Source: Laetmonice hystrix (lineage: Eukaryota). Taken from it: a DNA stretch of 64,000 nucleotides. The position numbers and the translations under genes were made by a program. Shown here piece by piece: positions 48,970-61,739 of this stretch. The notes beneath the pieces were generated by a model, which was not told the origin of the DNA, ran no database searches, and was given only the letters and a program-made list of their open reading frames with translations. How positions within the stretch are numbered: the stretch's first letter is position 1; each line of letters starts with the position of its first letter. The stretch is from positions 46,564,001-46,628,000 of the forward strand of contig OZ249436.1 of NCBI GenBank assembly GCA_965235115.1, read 5' to 3'.

Positions 48970-49296
48970 AGTGCAACTGACATCACATAGGTAACTTTAC
49001 TGATCTAGATAGATCACTTTGAGTTGTACCCGTATCCCTGATAGGTTTTCAGAGAAGTCCTCTCAATTTAGAAAAATATTGAAAATTCGAATCTCGCGCC
49101 TCATCACAGTCTGACTCCTGCCTATTCTTTACCATTGCCCCTGATGACGTCAGCAGGGGAATTGGTCTTTAAAACGGCTTACACACAGTTCATATTCTTG
49201 TACAATAACCGCTCCTTTAAGTTAAACAACAACAAATTACATGTATTATCAGGATCTGGCACTAAATTTTATGTAAATTTTGATGTCAGTTGGACT
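48970..49296. mobile_element. TTAA-flanked MITE (Kolobok-like)
   Basis: TTAA|AGTGCAACTGACATCA...TGATGTCAGTTGGACT|TTAA (15/16 TIR match). Confidence 0.9.
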
Positions 49297-49300
49297 TTAA

Positions 49301-50756
49301 GGAGGTATGATCGTCAGAAATGAAAGTATTGCAAAACCTCTGAAAAGCTTCCCAATTCAACTACTCTAATAGGATAGTCGAAATATGGAAAAAAATATAT
49401 GTGTCACCATCCTAATTTGGTTTCCATGGCAACATTTATATATTCAGGAGTGTAAAAAATGGCAAAATATACATATTTTCGACTTTTCTCATTTCGACAC
49501 CCAAATATATTTTATTTACATGTTTCTTCTGTCACAAAGTCATCTAGACACATCAAACTTTAAGACAATATCAATTTGGAGTAGTTTCTAACTGTTTTTA
49601 TATTTTTCTTGGACCTTTTAAAATTTAAAAATATGAAAAAATACGTATTATTTATGTAAATTTTATATTTTAACAATGTTCTCATATTGTAAATCCCCTA
49701 TTTTCTTCCTGTGTATAGCCAGGGCTATATTTAAGCAGATCGTGAAAAAAAATCACATGGCTACTATGCTAATTTTTGGTATATCGCCCTTTTATGTACA
49801 CACTACCGGGTACCCAAAACAGTAAATTTGGCCCGACTCTTAGGCCTAATTTATGTATGTACAGTATTCATTATTTCTTTGATAGAGCGTTCCAAATGAC
49901 ATATGAAATCAAAGTGAAACGTCTTCCAGTGATTTATAAGCAATTCCAGTGACGAATAGGTCTATAACTTAGTTAAAAAAGGGTAAAAATATTAAAAATT
50001 ACAAAATATTTTAAAATATTAAAAAATGCGATCAGATTTTGATTTCAGGAGGGATGAGCATCAAAAATATTGTCAAACTTCTAGAAAAGCTTCCTAGGTT
50101 AAGAACTCCAATAATAGAGTCGAAATAAACAAGCATACAACATAAGAAATTCTGGACAACGTAGGTGGGGTGTAGGCAGAGCCGTAACCTGCCAAATGGC
50201 CGGGCGGGGGGGGGGGGGTTACAAAGTCTTCGACCGCAATCAGCACCCTTTGTGTGGCTCCAATAAAGGTTAGATAGGCCTAGGCCTATATAAAAAAGTC
50301 TATAATTTATTTTTAAGGCTGGACCCAAGGAGGGTTACAGACACCCTGTAAACCCCCCCCCCCCCCCACGCCCTCCAGAAGGTCGCCCTATATCTCCCGC
50401 CCTCCGAGGCAGAGTGGGAGCAGAGGCCGCCACCCGCCTGGCCAGTCGGCCGGTCCTCCCGCCGAGGACCTCCCTGCCTGACACCGTTCCCACTGACACT
50501 CGCGAGTCAGCCGCGTGTTCCCTCTCGATCGCGTTGTCGTAATCGGATTCAGTGCACACTTATGACAAGTTGTATTTGTACCTATATAGTGCATAAAATG
50601 GCGTTTAAGAGAGAGTGGTGTTCAAATAATGTGATAATCTTCTAATTTTATGGATATTGACAACCAGTCTTGCAGTGTCGTAAACTAGTTGTCCGAACTG
50701 ACTGACGGTGCGCAAACATTGCGCAGTGGCCCAAACTACGTGATGATCATACCTCC
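49301..50756. mobile_element. TTAA-flanked non-autonomous element (Kolobok-like), sharing a TTAA with the previous MITE
   Basis: TTAA|GGAGGTATGATCGTCA...TGATGATCATACCTCC|TTAA (15/16 TIR match); empty site gacttaagtgtaaa near 53811. Confidence 0.9.
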
Positions 50757-52411
50757 TTAAGTGTAAATTTGGATTCAGGGAAGTACGTCCTATCTATCAA
50801 TGGGTGTATTTCTGCTAAACATCCTTATATGAAGCTATCAGTCACATGACAGAAGGAAGCGCGTCCATCCAAGTGCAGTGTAGAGACAACTTGTTTATGT
50901 CCATTTCTCGAAACTTGAACTTTTGGACTTGCTTCCTTTTGTCATTTCACAGCAGTATACACCTTTTCTCTTTCCGGACATTCTTAGAGGAACTGGGTTA
51001 TGCTTGATGCCCGTGCATTTAAAAAGAAAATTACACTATTCAATGTTGGACTATGACCTCACCTACTTCCATACTATCCCTCAAGACGGCATGTTGGTCA
51101 CCCAAAGTAACCTTATATATGTAGTATATACTGCTATAATTTCTACCAGTTATAATTAGACAAGGCATTTTAAATTGGGTTCCAGAGATCCCTGGGACCC
51201 CAGTACCATCTAAAATTGGAGTATAATGCATGTAAATTTTGTGTCCCTGTCCCATATTATGCGTAAATACACACGTAAATTATGCTAATACTAATGCGGC
51301 AAGGGTTACATCTATCTTATATTTCAAGATATCTGGAAGGCAAGTTTTGTGCAGACATAATTTTTTAAGGGGAATCAAATTTTAAGTACACTTTGAGGAG
51401 ATGAATACACGTGTGATCGTCACATTCAATTATACTCTGTGCGTAATAAGCAAGGTATCATCTTATTTTCGATAGATGTCCCTGGGAGGGAGTCGCAGTT
51501 TTTCTCGTCCACCTGCCAGACATTCTTGAGAACTCCAGACCTTGCTGAAGTGTAAAACTCCCATCCCAAAACTCATCCTCCAAGGTTGACATGAGGTTAC
51601 TTTTTAAAATCATATTTAGGATGTTTGTGTGTTCCTGACGTGCGCCATGTCATAGAAACACGTCTCTACCTTTGTCAGTAGGTCAGTGGGTGGCACAATG
51701 ACCCAGTAATATCATCTGTTGTCTCAAGGTATCCAGACATACTGATTTCCACAATCCACAACTTCCAAAAAATCTGTTAAAACTGATAGCAGTCTATAAA
51801 AACAGGACTGTCAGAACACATGTGAACAACTGAAATGATTGAATGACACTTTTATTACATATGAGTAAGTTCTGTCTCGAAAATTATCTCTACACTTAGG
51901 ACATGGATCTGCCAAGGCACTTTCTTCTACTATTGTCTACTGTTGTCCGAACACTTTGTATGGCTTTTACCAAACACAGGGTGTAAAAATGGGGGCGAGA
52001 CAGAGTGCAGAGGCTCCCTGTCCAATGCGCCTGGATTTAGTTCAGTGCGCCCGGATCAAGTGCGCCATAGTGACAGTGGCGAACCCCCCACCCCATGTAA
52101 AAACACATTTTTCTAAACAATAATTTGTCCATGTGTAATGCAGACAAAAAGGTGGATGAGTAAAGGAGAAGAGACACTATGTCGAAGACATAATCTTAAG
52201 CCTAAGTATACCTTAGAGATCTAGTCACGATTAGGCCTTGGCTGATATAATACACTATATAAGAATCAGAACTCGGTCATGCTTGGTTTAGTTCAGAGGA
52301 TACTAGTACCCGATAGTTATTATCAGTCTAAGTCAATGTAATGAGACTAGTACCTGTTGGCTATCATCAGGATAAGTCAACGTAACGGAACTAGTACCCA
52401 ACGGCTATTAA

Positions 52412-52793
52412 AGGGAGCAGTAAAATTCATTTTTTCGATTTATAGCAGTCTTAGAAACATAATGATTCGCATACCTTGGACTCCCAGTAACATCATGTGA
52501 GACTGTTATGGACCAGCGACCAGTATTTAGTAAGGAAAATATGGCAAATCTCTCGCAAATACATAGCTCAGAATTACCGAGCGGCCCACAGGATATTTGA
52601 GTTGGCCGCGGTCGGCGATGATGATGCGTGATCACGTGACTTCCGGTGTGGAAGGGAATCTCCCTCTAGTCTAGCGTTGACCTAAATACCGCATGTACAC
52701 CCGGAAGGCACGTGATCACGCGTCATCATCGCCGACCGCGGCCAACTCAAATATCCTGTGGGCCATCCTGTAAAATGAATTTTACGGCTCCCT
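52412..52793. mobile_element. TTAA-flanked MITE with an internal long hairpin
   Basis: TTAA|AGGGAGCAGTAAAATTCATTTT...AAAATGAATTTTACGGCTCCCT|TTAA; internal ~65-bp inverted arms at ~52583-52648 and ~52698-52764. Confidence 0.92.
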
Positions 52794-52809
52794 TTAAGTC
52801 CAGATAACA

Positions 52810-53472
52810 CTAGTAGTACTCGATGGCCGATGGCACTCCTGAGGCAGCTAGGTGAACATTCAGATTCAACAACATAGTCTCGTATTGTTTGTCCTGGTAC
52901 AGGATCTGTGTCAGAGCTGGTTTGTTCTCCATATCTTCCTTTGTAAACTTTGCCAAGGTCTTACACTCCACGAATCTCCCATTGGAATCCTTCATAACAA
53001 TGAACAAGGCCTTCTGCAGGCCAGCATTGTCTGAACCACTTGTGAGTAGCCTCACCTCTGCTTTGTATGGGTTTTCATACACTTTGACCATTAGGTTCTG
53101 CAGCATGTCAGGAAGAAAACCATCTTTCATGACGACCCAAAAGGCCAGAGCTGGATATACAGATGTCATTTTATTCGATTTTTTCTTGTAGGCTGTCGCT
53201 GTCGCAGTAACAGTCGAAAGAAAGAAGCTAATGGAGTCTAGGGTTTTTAAGATACTGTTCATATTTGTATGAAATGAAGTCATTTGGGGCCACACTTCTT
53301 CCTGTGTCGTTTTGTCACTGTTCCGCCAAACCATTCGAAAGGCACACACATTTCTTTTAGCCCCGACAACATGAGCCAAGAGCTTGTCTTCCAGGTGGAA
53401 ACGGACCTCACGGGAGGTCAACTGAGAGCAGGGTACCTTGGGTTCTCCCGCGGTGGGGACATCTGGGGACAC
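52810..53472 (-). CDS. Cassette V10: putative alternative terminal exon
   Basis: Acceptor tgtttactgttccag|GTG; 663 nt, phase 0, intact; closest to V9. Confidence 0.92.
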   Translation of the reverse strand: MSPDVPTAGEPKVPCSQLTSREVRFHLEDKLLAHVVGAKRNVCAFRMVWRNSDKTTQEEVWPQMTSFHTNMNSILKTLDSISFFLSTVTATATAYKKKSNKMTSVYPALAFWVVMKDGFLPDMLQNLMVKVYENPYKAEVRLLTSGSDNAGLQKALFIVMKDSNGRFVECKTLAKFTKEDMENKPALTQILYQDKQYETMLLNLNVHLAASGVPSAIEYY

Positions 53473-53665
53473 CTGGAACAGTAAACACCCAAGTCTGTGA
53501 GCAGCTCTGACCGACGTGCCCAGGACTACCAGTAAGTGGCGCACATTGAGTCTCCGTACTGACCAGCAACAACCCCCTTGTTCTATAACCAACTCGTGTG
53601 TGAAGATGACATATTTTGTTAAGTAAGCTAGCCACTTTAACTTGTTGTCACTACTATTCAGGAAA

Positions 53666-53759
53666 GTGGCAGTGGCTGAGTAGGCATGGGCGTTGATGCC
53701 TTATGCTATGCGAATGGGTGCAGTAATCTTGGATCCGGGGTTCAATTCCAGTAGAGGAC
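53666..53759 (+). mobile_element. tRNA-derived SINE head, duplicated copy
   Basis: Paralog of 43395-43488. Confidence 0.7.
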
Positions 53760-55030
53760 TATACTGCCGTGCAATGACAAAAGAAAGCAAGTCCAGCTTT
53801 CATCAACATCGACTTAAGTGTAAATTTGGATTCAGGGAAGTACGTCCTATCTATCAATGGGTGTATTTCTGCTAAACATCCTTCTATGAAGCTATCAGTC
53901 ACATGACAGAAGGAAGCACGTCCATCAAAGTGCAGTGGAGAGACAACTTCTTTATGTCCATTTCTTGAAACTTGAACTTTTGGACTTGCTTCCTTTTGTC
54001 ATTTCACAGCAGTATACACCTTTTCTCTTTCCGGACATTCTCAGAGAAACTGGGTTATGCTTGATGCCCGTGCATTTAAAAAGAAAATTACACTATTCAA
54101 TGTTGGACTATGACCTCACCTACTTCCATACTATCCCTCAAGACGGCATGTTGGTCACCCAAAGTAACCTTATACATGTAGTATATACTGCTATAATTTC
54201 TACCAGTTACAATTGACAAGGCATTTTAAATTGGGTTCCAGAGATCCCTGGGACCCCAGTACCATCTAAAATTGGAGTATAATGCATGTGAATTTTGTGT
54301 CCCTGTCCCATATTATGCGTAAAAACGCAGGTAAATTATGCTAATACTAATGTGGCAAGGGTTACATCTATATTATATTTCAAGATATCTGGAAGGCAAG
54401 TTTTGTGCAGACATGACTTTTTTAGGAGAATCAAATTTTAAGTTCATTTTGAGGAGATAAATGCAAGTTATCACACAGAGTATAAGTCAATGTGACAAGC
54501 AAAGTATCATCTTATTTTCAATAGATGTCCCTGGGAGGGAGTCGCAGTTTTTCTAGTCCACCTGCCAGACTTTCTTGAGAACTCCAGACCTTGCTGAAGT
54601 GTAAAACTCCCATCCCAAAACTCACCCTCCAAGGTTGACATGAGGTTACTTTTTAAAATCATATTTAGGATGTTTGTGTGTTCCTGACGTGCGCCACGTC
54701 ATAGAAACACACGTCTCTACCGTTGTCAGTAGGTCAGTGGGTGGCACAATGACCCAGTAATATCATCTGTTGTCTCAAGGTATCCAGACATACTGATTTC
54801 CACAATCCACAACTTCCAAAAAATCTGTTAAAATTGATAGCAGTCTATAAAAACAGGACTGTCAGAACACATGTGAACAATTGAAATGATTGATTGACAC
54901 TTTTATTAGATAGGAGTAAGTTGTGTCTCGGAAATTATCTCTACACTTATGACATGGATCTGCCAAGGCACTTTCTTCTACTATTGCCTACTGTGGGCCA
55001 AACACTTTGTATGGTTTTTACCAACCATGT

Positions 55031-55325
55031 CAGGGTTTCCGCCTGAGGGTAAAATGGGTTAAATTCCGTACCCAAAAATTTTTCCAGGGTACGGATCCAG
55101 ACCCTCAAAATCGTTGGGTAACCATTTTCCATGAAGTGATAAAAACCTCCTGGTGATGCCTTGAGCAACTTGAAGGAATCAAATATAATGGTGTACACTA
55201 TATGCAGTCTTTATTTGATTAATTCACATACAATGTATTTGTAACAGCAGTTAGGGTTAGGGTTAGGCTAACCCTAACCCCTCCTCTGCTCCGTACTCTA
55301 AAATTTTTTTCTGGCAGAAACCCTG
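55031..55325. mobile_element. MITE with CAGGGTTT TIRs and a 5-bp duplication
   Basis: CATGT|CAGGGTTTCCGCC...GGCAGAAACCCTG|CATGT; empty site ccaaacatgtagact near 44496; contains short TTAGGG/CCCTAA runs. Confidence 0.88.
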
Positions 55326-56132
55326 CATGTAGACTATTGATCAACATTTTGTCTAAAAACATTTGTTGTTATACATAAAGTGGGACTTCTGATCTGTAGG
55401 ACTTCTGACCTTCTGATCTGAAGGGATGAGAAAAACGCAGAAGTTCACGAATATCCACAATCTCACTGCTTCTGACTGATCACAAATCTCTCATTTCACC
55501 AACATATAAACAATCCCATATACACAGACTCTTGCCTGTTCCTTAACAATAACTGAACCAAATGCATACATCATTAGCAGTTTCAATATGGCTTTAGACA
55601 ACACTACAAATAAAACATCTCTTTAAACAGTAACACTGATAAGTCTATGTTATTATACTCTCGAAGATTTTGCTAGAACAGCTCAGCATGAAATTTCAAT
55701 TTTTTGTGGGGTGGGGGGGTCGGATTTATGTGCAGACAACTCGTCACTTTATTAAAATTATGTATATTTTCCAAACCCAAGTAATTCTCAAGATCTCAGA
55801 CTAGTCCTGCCATAAGTAATTTTCATATGATTGAGTGATACACACTTATCAAACAACCTATAACAAAGAGTTGCCCAATTACGTTTGGAGATCACGCTAT
55901 CATCAGGATAAGTCAAGGTAATGGTGCTAGTACCATAGTTATCATCACTCTAAGTCAAGGTAATGGTGCTAGTACCCGATAGCTATCATCAATCTAAGTC
56001 GTAGTATTGGTGCTAGGACCTGATAGTTATTATCAGTCTAAGTCAACGTAATGAAACTAGTACCTGTTGGCTATCATCAGAATAAGTTAACGTAACAGAA
56101 CTAGTACGTGACGGCTATAAGTCCAAATAACA

Positions 56133-56774
56133 CTAGTAGTACTCGATGGCCGATGGCACCCCTGAGGCAGCTAGGTGAACATTCAGATTCATCAACATAG
56201 TCTCGTATTGTTTGTCCTGGTACAGGATCTGTGTCAGAGCTGGTTTGTTCTCCATATCTTCCTTTGTAAACTTTGCCAAGGTCTTCCACTCCACAAATTT
56301 CCCATTGGAATCCTTCATAACAATGAACAAGGCCTTCTGCAGGGCAGCATTGTCTGAACCACTTGCAAGTAGCCTCACCTCTGCTTTATATGGGTTTGCA
56401 TGCACTTTGACCATTAGGTTCTGCAGCATGTCAGGAAAGAAACCATCCTTCATGACCACCCAAAAGGCCAGAGCTGGATAAGTAGATTTGTAGGGTGTCG
56501 TCGTTGCAGTAACAGTTGAAAGAAAGAAGCTGATGGAGTCTAGGGTTTTTAAGACATTGTTCATATTTGTATGACAAGAAGTCATTTGGGGCCACACTTC
56601 TTCCTGTGTTGTTTTGTCACTGTTCCGCCAAACCATTCGAAAGGCACACACATTTCTTTTAGCCCTGACAACATGAGGCAAGAGCTTGTCTTCCAGGTGG
56701 AAACGGACCTCACGGGAGGTCAACTTAGAACAGGGAAACTTGGGTTCTCCCGCGGTGGGGACATCTGGGGACAC
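56133..56774 (-). CDS. Cassette V11: putative alternative terminal exon (7 codons shorter, in frame)
   Basis: Acceptor tatttactgttccag|GTG; 642 nt, phase 0; minus-strand AATAAA at 55753-55748. Confidence 0.92.
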   Translation of the reverse strand: MSPDVPTAGEPKFPCSKLTSREVRFHLEDKLLPHVVRAKRNVCAFRMVWRNSDKTTQEEVWPQMTSCHTNMNNVLKTLDSISFFLSTVTATTTPYKSTYPALAFWVVMKDGFFPDMLQNLMVKVHANPYKAEVRLLASGSDNAALQKALFIVMKDSNGKFVEWKTLAKFTKEDMENKPALTQILYQDKQYETMLMNLNVHLAASGVPSAIEYY

Positions 56775-58610
56775 CTGGAACAGTAAATACCCGAGTCTGT
56801 GAGCAGCTCTGACTGACGTGCCCAGGACTACCAGTAGGTGGCGCACATTGAGTCTCCGTACTGACCAACAGCAAACCCCTAACTCCGATATGAAGATGCC
56901 AAATTTTGATACGTACTAATTTTAAGCTAACCACTTTGGCTTGTCGTCACTAAACACTATTCTTTTACTTTCACTATCCAATGATGGCCAAACTATGACC
57001 TAATGTACTCCCATACTTTCCTTCAAGCCGGTATGTTGGTCACCCCAATTAAACTTGTACTGCCATACAATTTCTACGTGTTATAATTAGACAATGGTTA
57101 TACTGTCTTATATTTCAAGATATCTGAAAAGGAAAGTTTCCTGAAAACAAATGACTTTTTAAGAAGCACCAAATTTTAAGTACACTTTGAGGAGATGAAT
57201 ACACGTGTGATCGTCACATTGAATTATACGCTGTGCGTGATAAGCAAGGTATCATCTTATTTTCGATAGATGTCCCTGGGAGGAGGGAGTCGCAGTTTTT
57301 CTCGTCCACCTGCCAGACATTCTTGATGACTCCAGCCCTTGCTCAAGTGTAAAACTCCCATCCCAAAACTCATCCTCCAAGGTTGACATGAGACTACTTT
57401 TTAAAATTATATTGAGGATGTCGGTGTGTTCCTCACGTGTGCCATGTCACAGAAACACGTCTCTACCGTTGTCAGGAGGTGGCACAATGGTCCAGTAATA
57501 TCATCTGTTGTCTCAAGGTATCCAGACATACTGATTTCAACAATCCACAACTTCCAAAAAATCTGTTAAAACTGATAGCAGTCTATAAAAACAGGACTGT
57601 CAGAACACATGTGAACAAATGAAATGATTGAATGACACTTTTATTAGATAGGAGTAAGCTGTGTTTCGGAAATTATCTCTACACTTAGGACATGGATCCA
57701 CCAAGGCACTTTCTTCTACTATTGTGTACTGTTGGCCAAACACTTTGTATGGCCAAACACGTAGACTATTGATCAACATTTTGTCTGAAAACGTTTGTTG
57801 GTATACATAAAGTAGAAACTTCTGATTAGGGATGAGAAAAACTGAGAAAACTGTCCACGAATGACCACACAATCCACACAAAAAAAACTCTGCTCATCGG
57901 CAGCATAAAAACTGAAAAATGACAAGTCATTAAAACAATCTTACCCCTTCTGACTGATCGCAAATCTCTCATTTCACCAACATATAAATAATCCCATATA
58001 CACAGACTCTTGCCTGTTCCTTAACAATAACTGAACCAAATGCATACATCATTAGCAGTTTCAATATGGCTTTAGATAACACTACAAATAAAACATATCT
58101 TTAAACAGTAACACTGATAATAAGTCTATGTTATTATACTCTCGAAGATTTTGCTAGAACAGCTCAGCATGAAATTTTAATTTTTTTGGGGGTGGGGGGG
58201 GGTCGGATTTATGTGCAGACAACTCGTCTCTTTATTAAAATTATGTATATTTTCCAAACCTAAGTAATTCTCAAGATCTCAGACTAGTCCTGCCGTAAGT
58301 AATTTTCATATGATTGAGTGATACACACTAATCAAACAACCTATAACAAAGAGTTGCCCAATCAAGTTTGGAGACCACGAAGTACTAGTACCTGATAGCT
58401 ATCGTCAGTCTAAGTCAAGTTCAACGTAATGGTACTAGTACCCGATAGCTATCGTCAATCTAAGTCATGGTATTGGTGCTAGTACTCGAGATAGTTATTA
58501 TCAGTCTAAGTCAACGTAATGAAACTAGTACCTGTTGGCTATCATCAGAATAAGTTAACGTAACAGAACTAGTATGTGACGTGACGTGACGGCTATAAGT
58601 CCAAATAACA

Positions 58611-59270
58611 CTAGTAGTACTCGATGGCCGATGGCACCCCTGAGGCAGCTAGGTGAACATTCAGATTCATCAACATAGTCTCGTATTGTTTGTCCTGGTA
58701 CAGGATCTGTGTCAGAGCTGGTTTGTTCTCCATATCTGCCTTTGCAAACTTTGCCAAGGTCATACACTCTACAAATCTCCCATTGGAATCCTTCATAACA
58801 ATGAACAAGGCCTTCTGTAGGGCAGCATTGTCTGAACCACTTCCTAGTAGCTTCACCTCTGCTTTATATGGGTTTGCATGCACTTTGACCATTAAGTCCT
58901 GCAGCATGTCAGGAAAGAAACCATCCTTCATGACCACCCAAAAGGCCAGAGCTGGATAAGTAGATTTTAGTCTATTTGATACTGTGTTGTAGTGTGTCGT
59001 TGCAGTAACAGTTGAAAGAAAGAAGCTGATGGAGTCTAGGGTTTTTAAGACATTGTTCATATTTGTATGAAAAGAAGTCATTTGGGGCCACACTTCTTCC
59101 TGTGTTGTTTTGTCACTGTTCCGCCAAACCATTCGAAAGGCACACACATTTCTTTTAGACCCGACAACATGAGCCAAGAGCTTGTCTTCCAGGTGGAAAC
59201 GGACCTCACGGGAGCTCAACTTAGAACAGGGTAACTTGGGTTCTCCCACGGTGGGGACATCTGGGGACAC
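58611..59270 (-). CDS. Cassette V12: putative alternative terminal exon
   Basis: Acceptor tgtttactgttccag|GTG; 660 nt, phase 0; minus-strand AATAAA at 58236-58231. Confidence 0.92.
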   Translation of the reverse strand: MSPDVPTVGEPKLPCSKLSSREVRFHLEDKLLAHVVGSKRNVCAFRMVWRNSDKTTQEEVWPQMTSFHTNMNNVLKTLDSISFFLSTVTATTHYNTVSNRLKSTYPALAFWVVMKDGFFPDMLQDLMVKVHANPYKAEVKLLGSGSDNAALQKALFIVMKDSNGRFVECMTLAKFAKADMENKPALTQILYQDKQYETMLMNLNVHLAASGVPSAIEYY

Positions 59271-61076
59271 CTGGAACAGTAAACACCCGAGTCTGTGAGC
59301 AGCTCTGACTGACGTGCCCAGGACTACCAGTAGGTGGCGCACATTGAGTATCCGTACTGACCAACAGCAAACCCATGTTTTATAACTAACTGTGATATGA
59401 AGATGACAAATTTTGATACATACTAATTTTAAGCTAACCACTTGTCGTCACTAAACACTATTCTTTTACTCTATCTAATGATGGCCAAACTATGACCTAA
59501 TGTACTCCCATACTTTCCCTCAAGCCGGTATGTTGGTCACCAAAATTAAACTTGTACTGCCATACAATTTCTACATGTTTTAATTAGACAATGGTTACAC
59601 TATCTTATATTTCAAGATATCTGGAAGGAAAGTTTTCTGAAAAAAAATGACTTTTTAAGGAGCACCAAATTTTAAGTACATTTTGAGGAGATGAATACAC
59701 GTGTGATCGTCACATTCAATTATACGCTGTGCGTGATAAGCAAGGTATCATCTTATTTTCGATAGATGTCCCTGGGAGGGAGTCGCAGTTTTTCTCGTCC
59801 ACCTGCCAGACATTCTTGATGACTCCAGCTCTTGGTCAAGTGTAAAACTCCCATCCCAAAACTCATCCTCCAAGGTTGACATGAGACTACTTTTTAAAAT
59901 CATATTTAGGATGTCGATGTGTTCCTCACGTGTGCCATGTCACATAAACACGTCTCTACCGTTGTCAGTAGGTCAGTGGGTGGCACAATGGTCCAGTAAT
60001 ATCATCTGTTGTCTCAAGGTATCCAGACATACTGATTTCCACAATCCACAACTTCCAAAAAATCTGTTAAAACTGATAGCAGTCTATAATAACAGGACTG
60101 TCAGAACACATGTGAACAATTGAAATGATAGATTGAAACTTTTATTAGATAGGAGCAAGTTGTGTCTCGGAAATTATCTCTACACTTAGGACATGGATCT
60201 GCCAAGGCACTTTCTTCTACTATTGTCCACTGTTGGCCAAACACTTTGTATGGCCAAACACGTAGACTATTGATTAACATTTAGTCTGAAAACGTTTGTT
60301 GGTATACATAAAGTAGAAACTTCTGATTAGGGATGAGAAAAACTCAGAAAATTGTCCACGAATGACTACACAATCCACACAAAAAAAAAAGTTTGCTCAT
60401 CGGCAGCATAAAAACTGAAACATGACAAGTCATTAAAACAATCTTACCCCTTCTGACTGATCGCAAATCTCTCATTTCACCAACATATAAAAAATCCCAT
60501 ATACACAGACTCTTGCCTGTTCCTTAACAATAACTTAACCAAATGCATACATCATTAGCAGTTTCAATATGGCTTTAGATAACACTACAAATAAAACATA
60601 TCTTTAAACAGTAACACTGATAATAAGTCTATGTTATTATACTCTCGAAGATTTTGCTAGAACAGCTAAGCAAGAAATTTTAATTGTTTGGGGGGTTGGG
60701 GCTTGGGGGGTCGGATTTATGTGCAGACAACTCGTCTCTTTATTAAAACTATGTATATTTTCCAAACCTAAGTAATTCTCAAGATCTCAGACTAGTCCTT
60801 CCGTCAGTAATTTTCATATGATTGAGTGATGCACAATCAAACAACCTATAACAAAGAGTTGCCCAATTACGTTTATAGATCATGCTATCATCAGGATTAG
60901 TCAAGGTAATGGTGCTAGTACCATAGTTATCATCAATCTAAGTCGTAGTATTGGGGCTAGGACCCGATAGTTATTATAAGTCTAAGTCAACGTAATGAAA
61001 CTAGTACCTGTTGGCTATCATTAGAATAAGTCAACGTAACAGAACTAGTACGTGACGGCTATAAGTCCAGATAACA

Positions 61077-61739
61077 CTAGTAGTACTCGATGGCCGATGG
61101 CACCCCTGAGGCAGCTAGGTGAACATTCAGATTCATTAACATAGTCTCGTATTGTTTGTCCTGGTACAGGATCTGTGTCAGAGCTGGTTTGTTCTCCATA
61201 TCTGCCTTTGCAAACTTTGCCAAGGTCTTCCACTCCACAAATCTCCCATTGGAATCCTTCATAACAATGAACAAGGCCTTCTGTAGGGCAGCATTGTCTG
61301 AACCACTCGCTAGTAGCTTCACCTCTGCTTTGTATGGGTTTGCATGCACTTTGACCATTAGGTCCTGCAGCATGTCAGGAAAGAAACCATCCTTCATGAC
61401 CACCCAAAAGGCCAGAGCTGGATAAATACATTTTAGTCTATTTGATACTTTGTTGTAGGGTGTCGTCGTTGCAGTAACAGTTGAAAGAAAGAAGCTGATG
61501 GAGTCTAGGGTTTTTAAGACATTGTTCATATTTGTATGAAAAAAAGTCATTTGGGGCCACACTTCTTCCTGTGTCGTTTCGTCACTGTTCCGCCAAATCA
61601 TTCGAAAGGCACACACATTTCTTTTAGCCCTGACAACATGAGGCAAGAGCTTGTCTTCCAGGTGGAAACGGACCTCACGGGAGCTCAACTTAGAACAGGG
61701 TAACTTGGGTTCTCCCACGGTGGGGACATCTGGGGACAC
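61077..61739 (-). CDS. Cassette V13: putative alternative terminal exon
   Basis: Acceptor tgtttactgttccag|GTG; 663 nt, phase 0; minus-strand AATAAA at 60744-60739. Confidence 0.92.
   Translation of the reverse strand: MSPDVPTVGEPKLPCSKLSSREVRFHLEDKLLPHVVRAKRNVCAFRMIWRNSDETTQEEVWPQMTFFHTNMNNVLKTLDSISFFLSTVTATTTPYNKVSNRLKCIYPALAFWVVMKDGFFPDMLQDLMVKVHANPYKAEVKLLASGSDNAALQKALFIVMKDSNGRFVEWKTLAKFAKADMENKPALTQILYQDKQYETMLMNLNVHLAASGVPSAIEYY

Noticed and set aside
55250..55280. TTAGGG/CCCTAA runs as a telomere fusion site
   Set aside because: Only 2-3 units, inside a TIR/TSD-bounded MITE.
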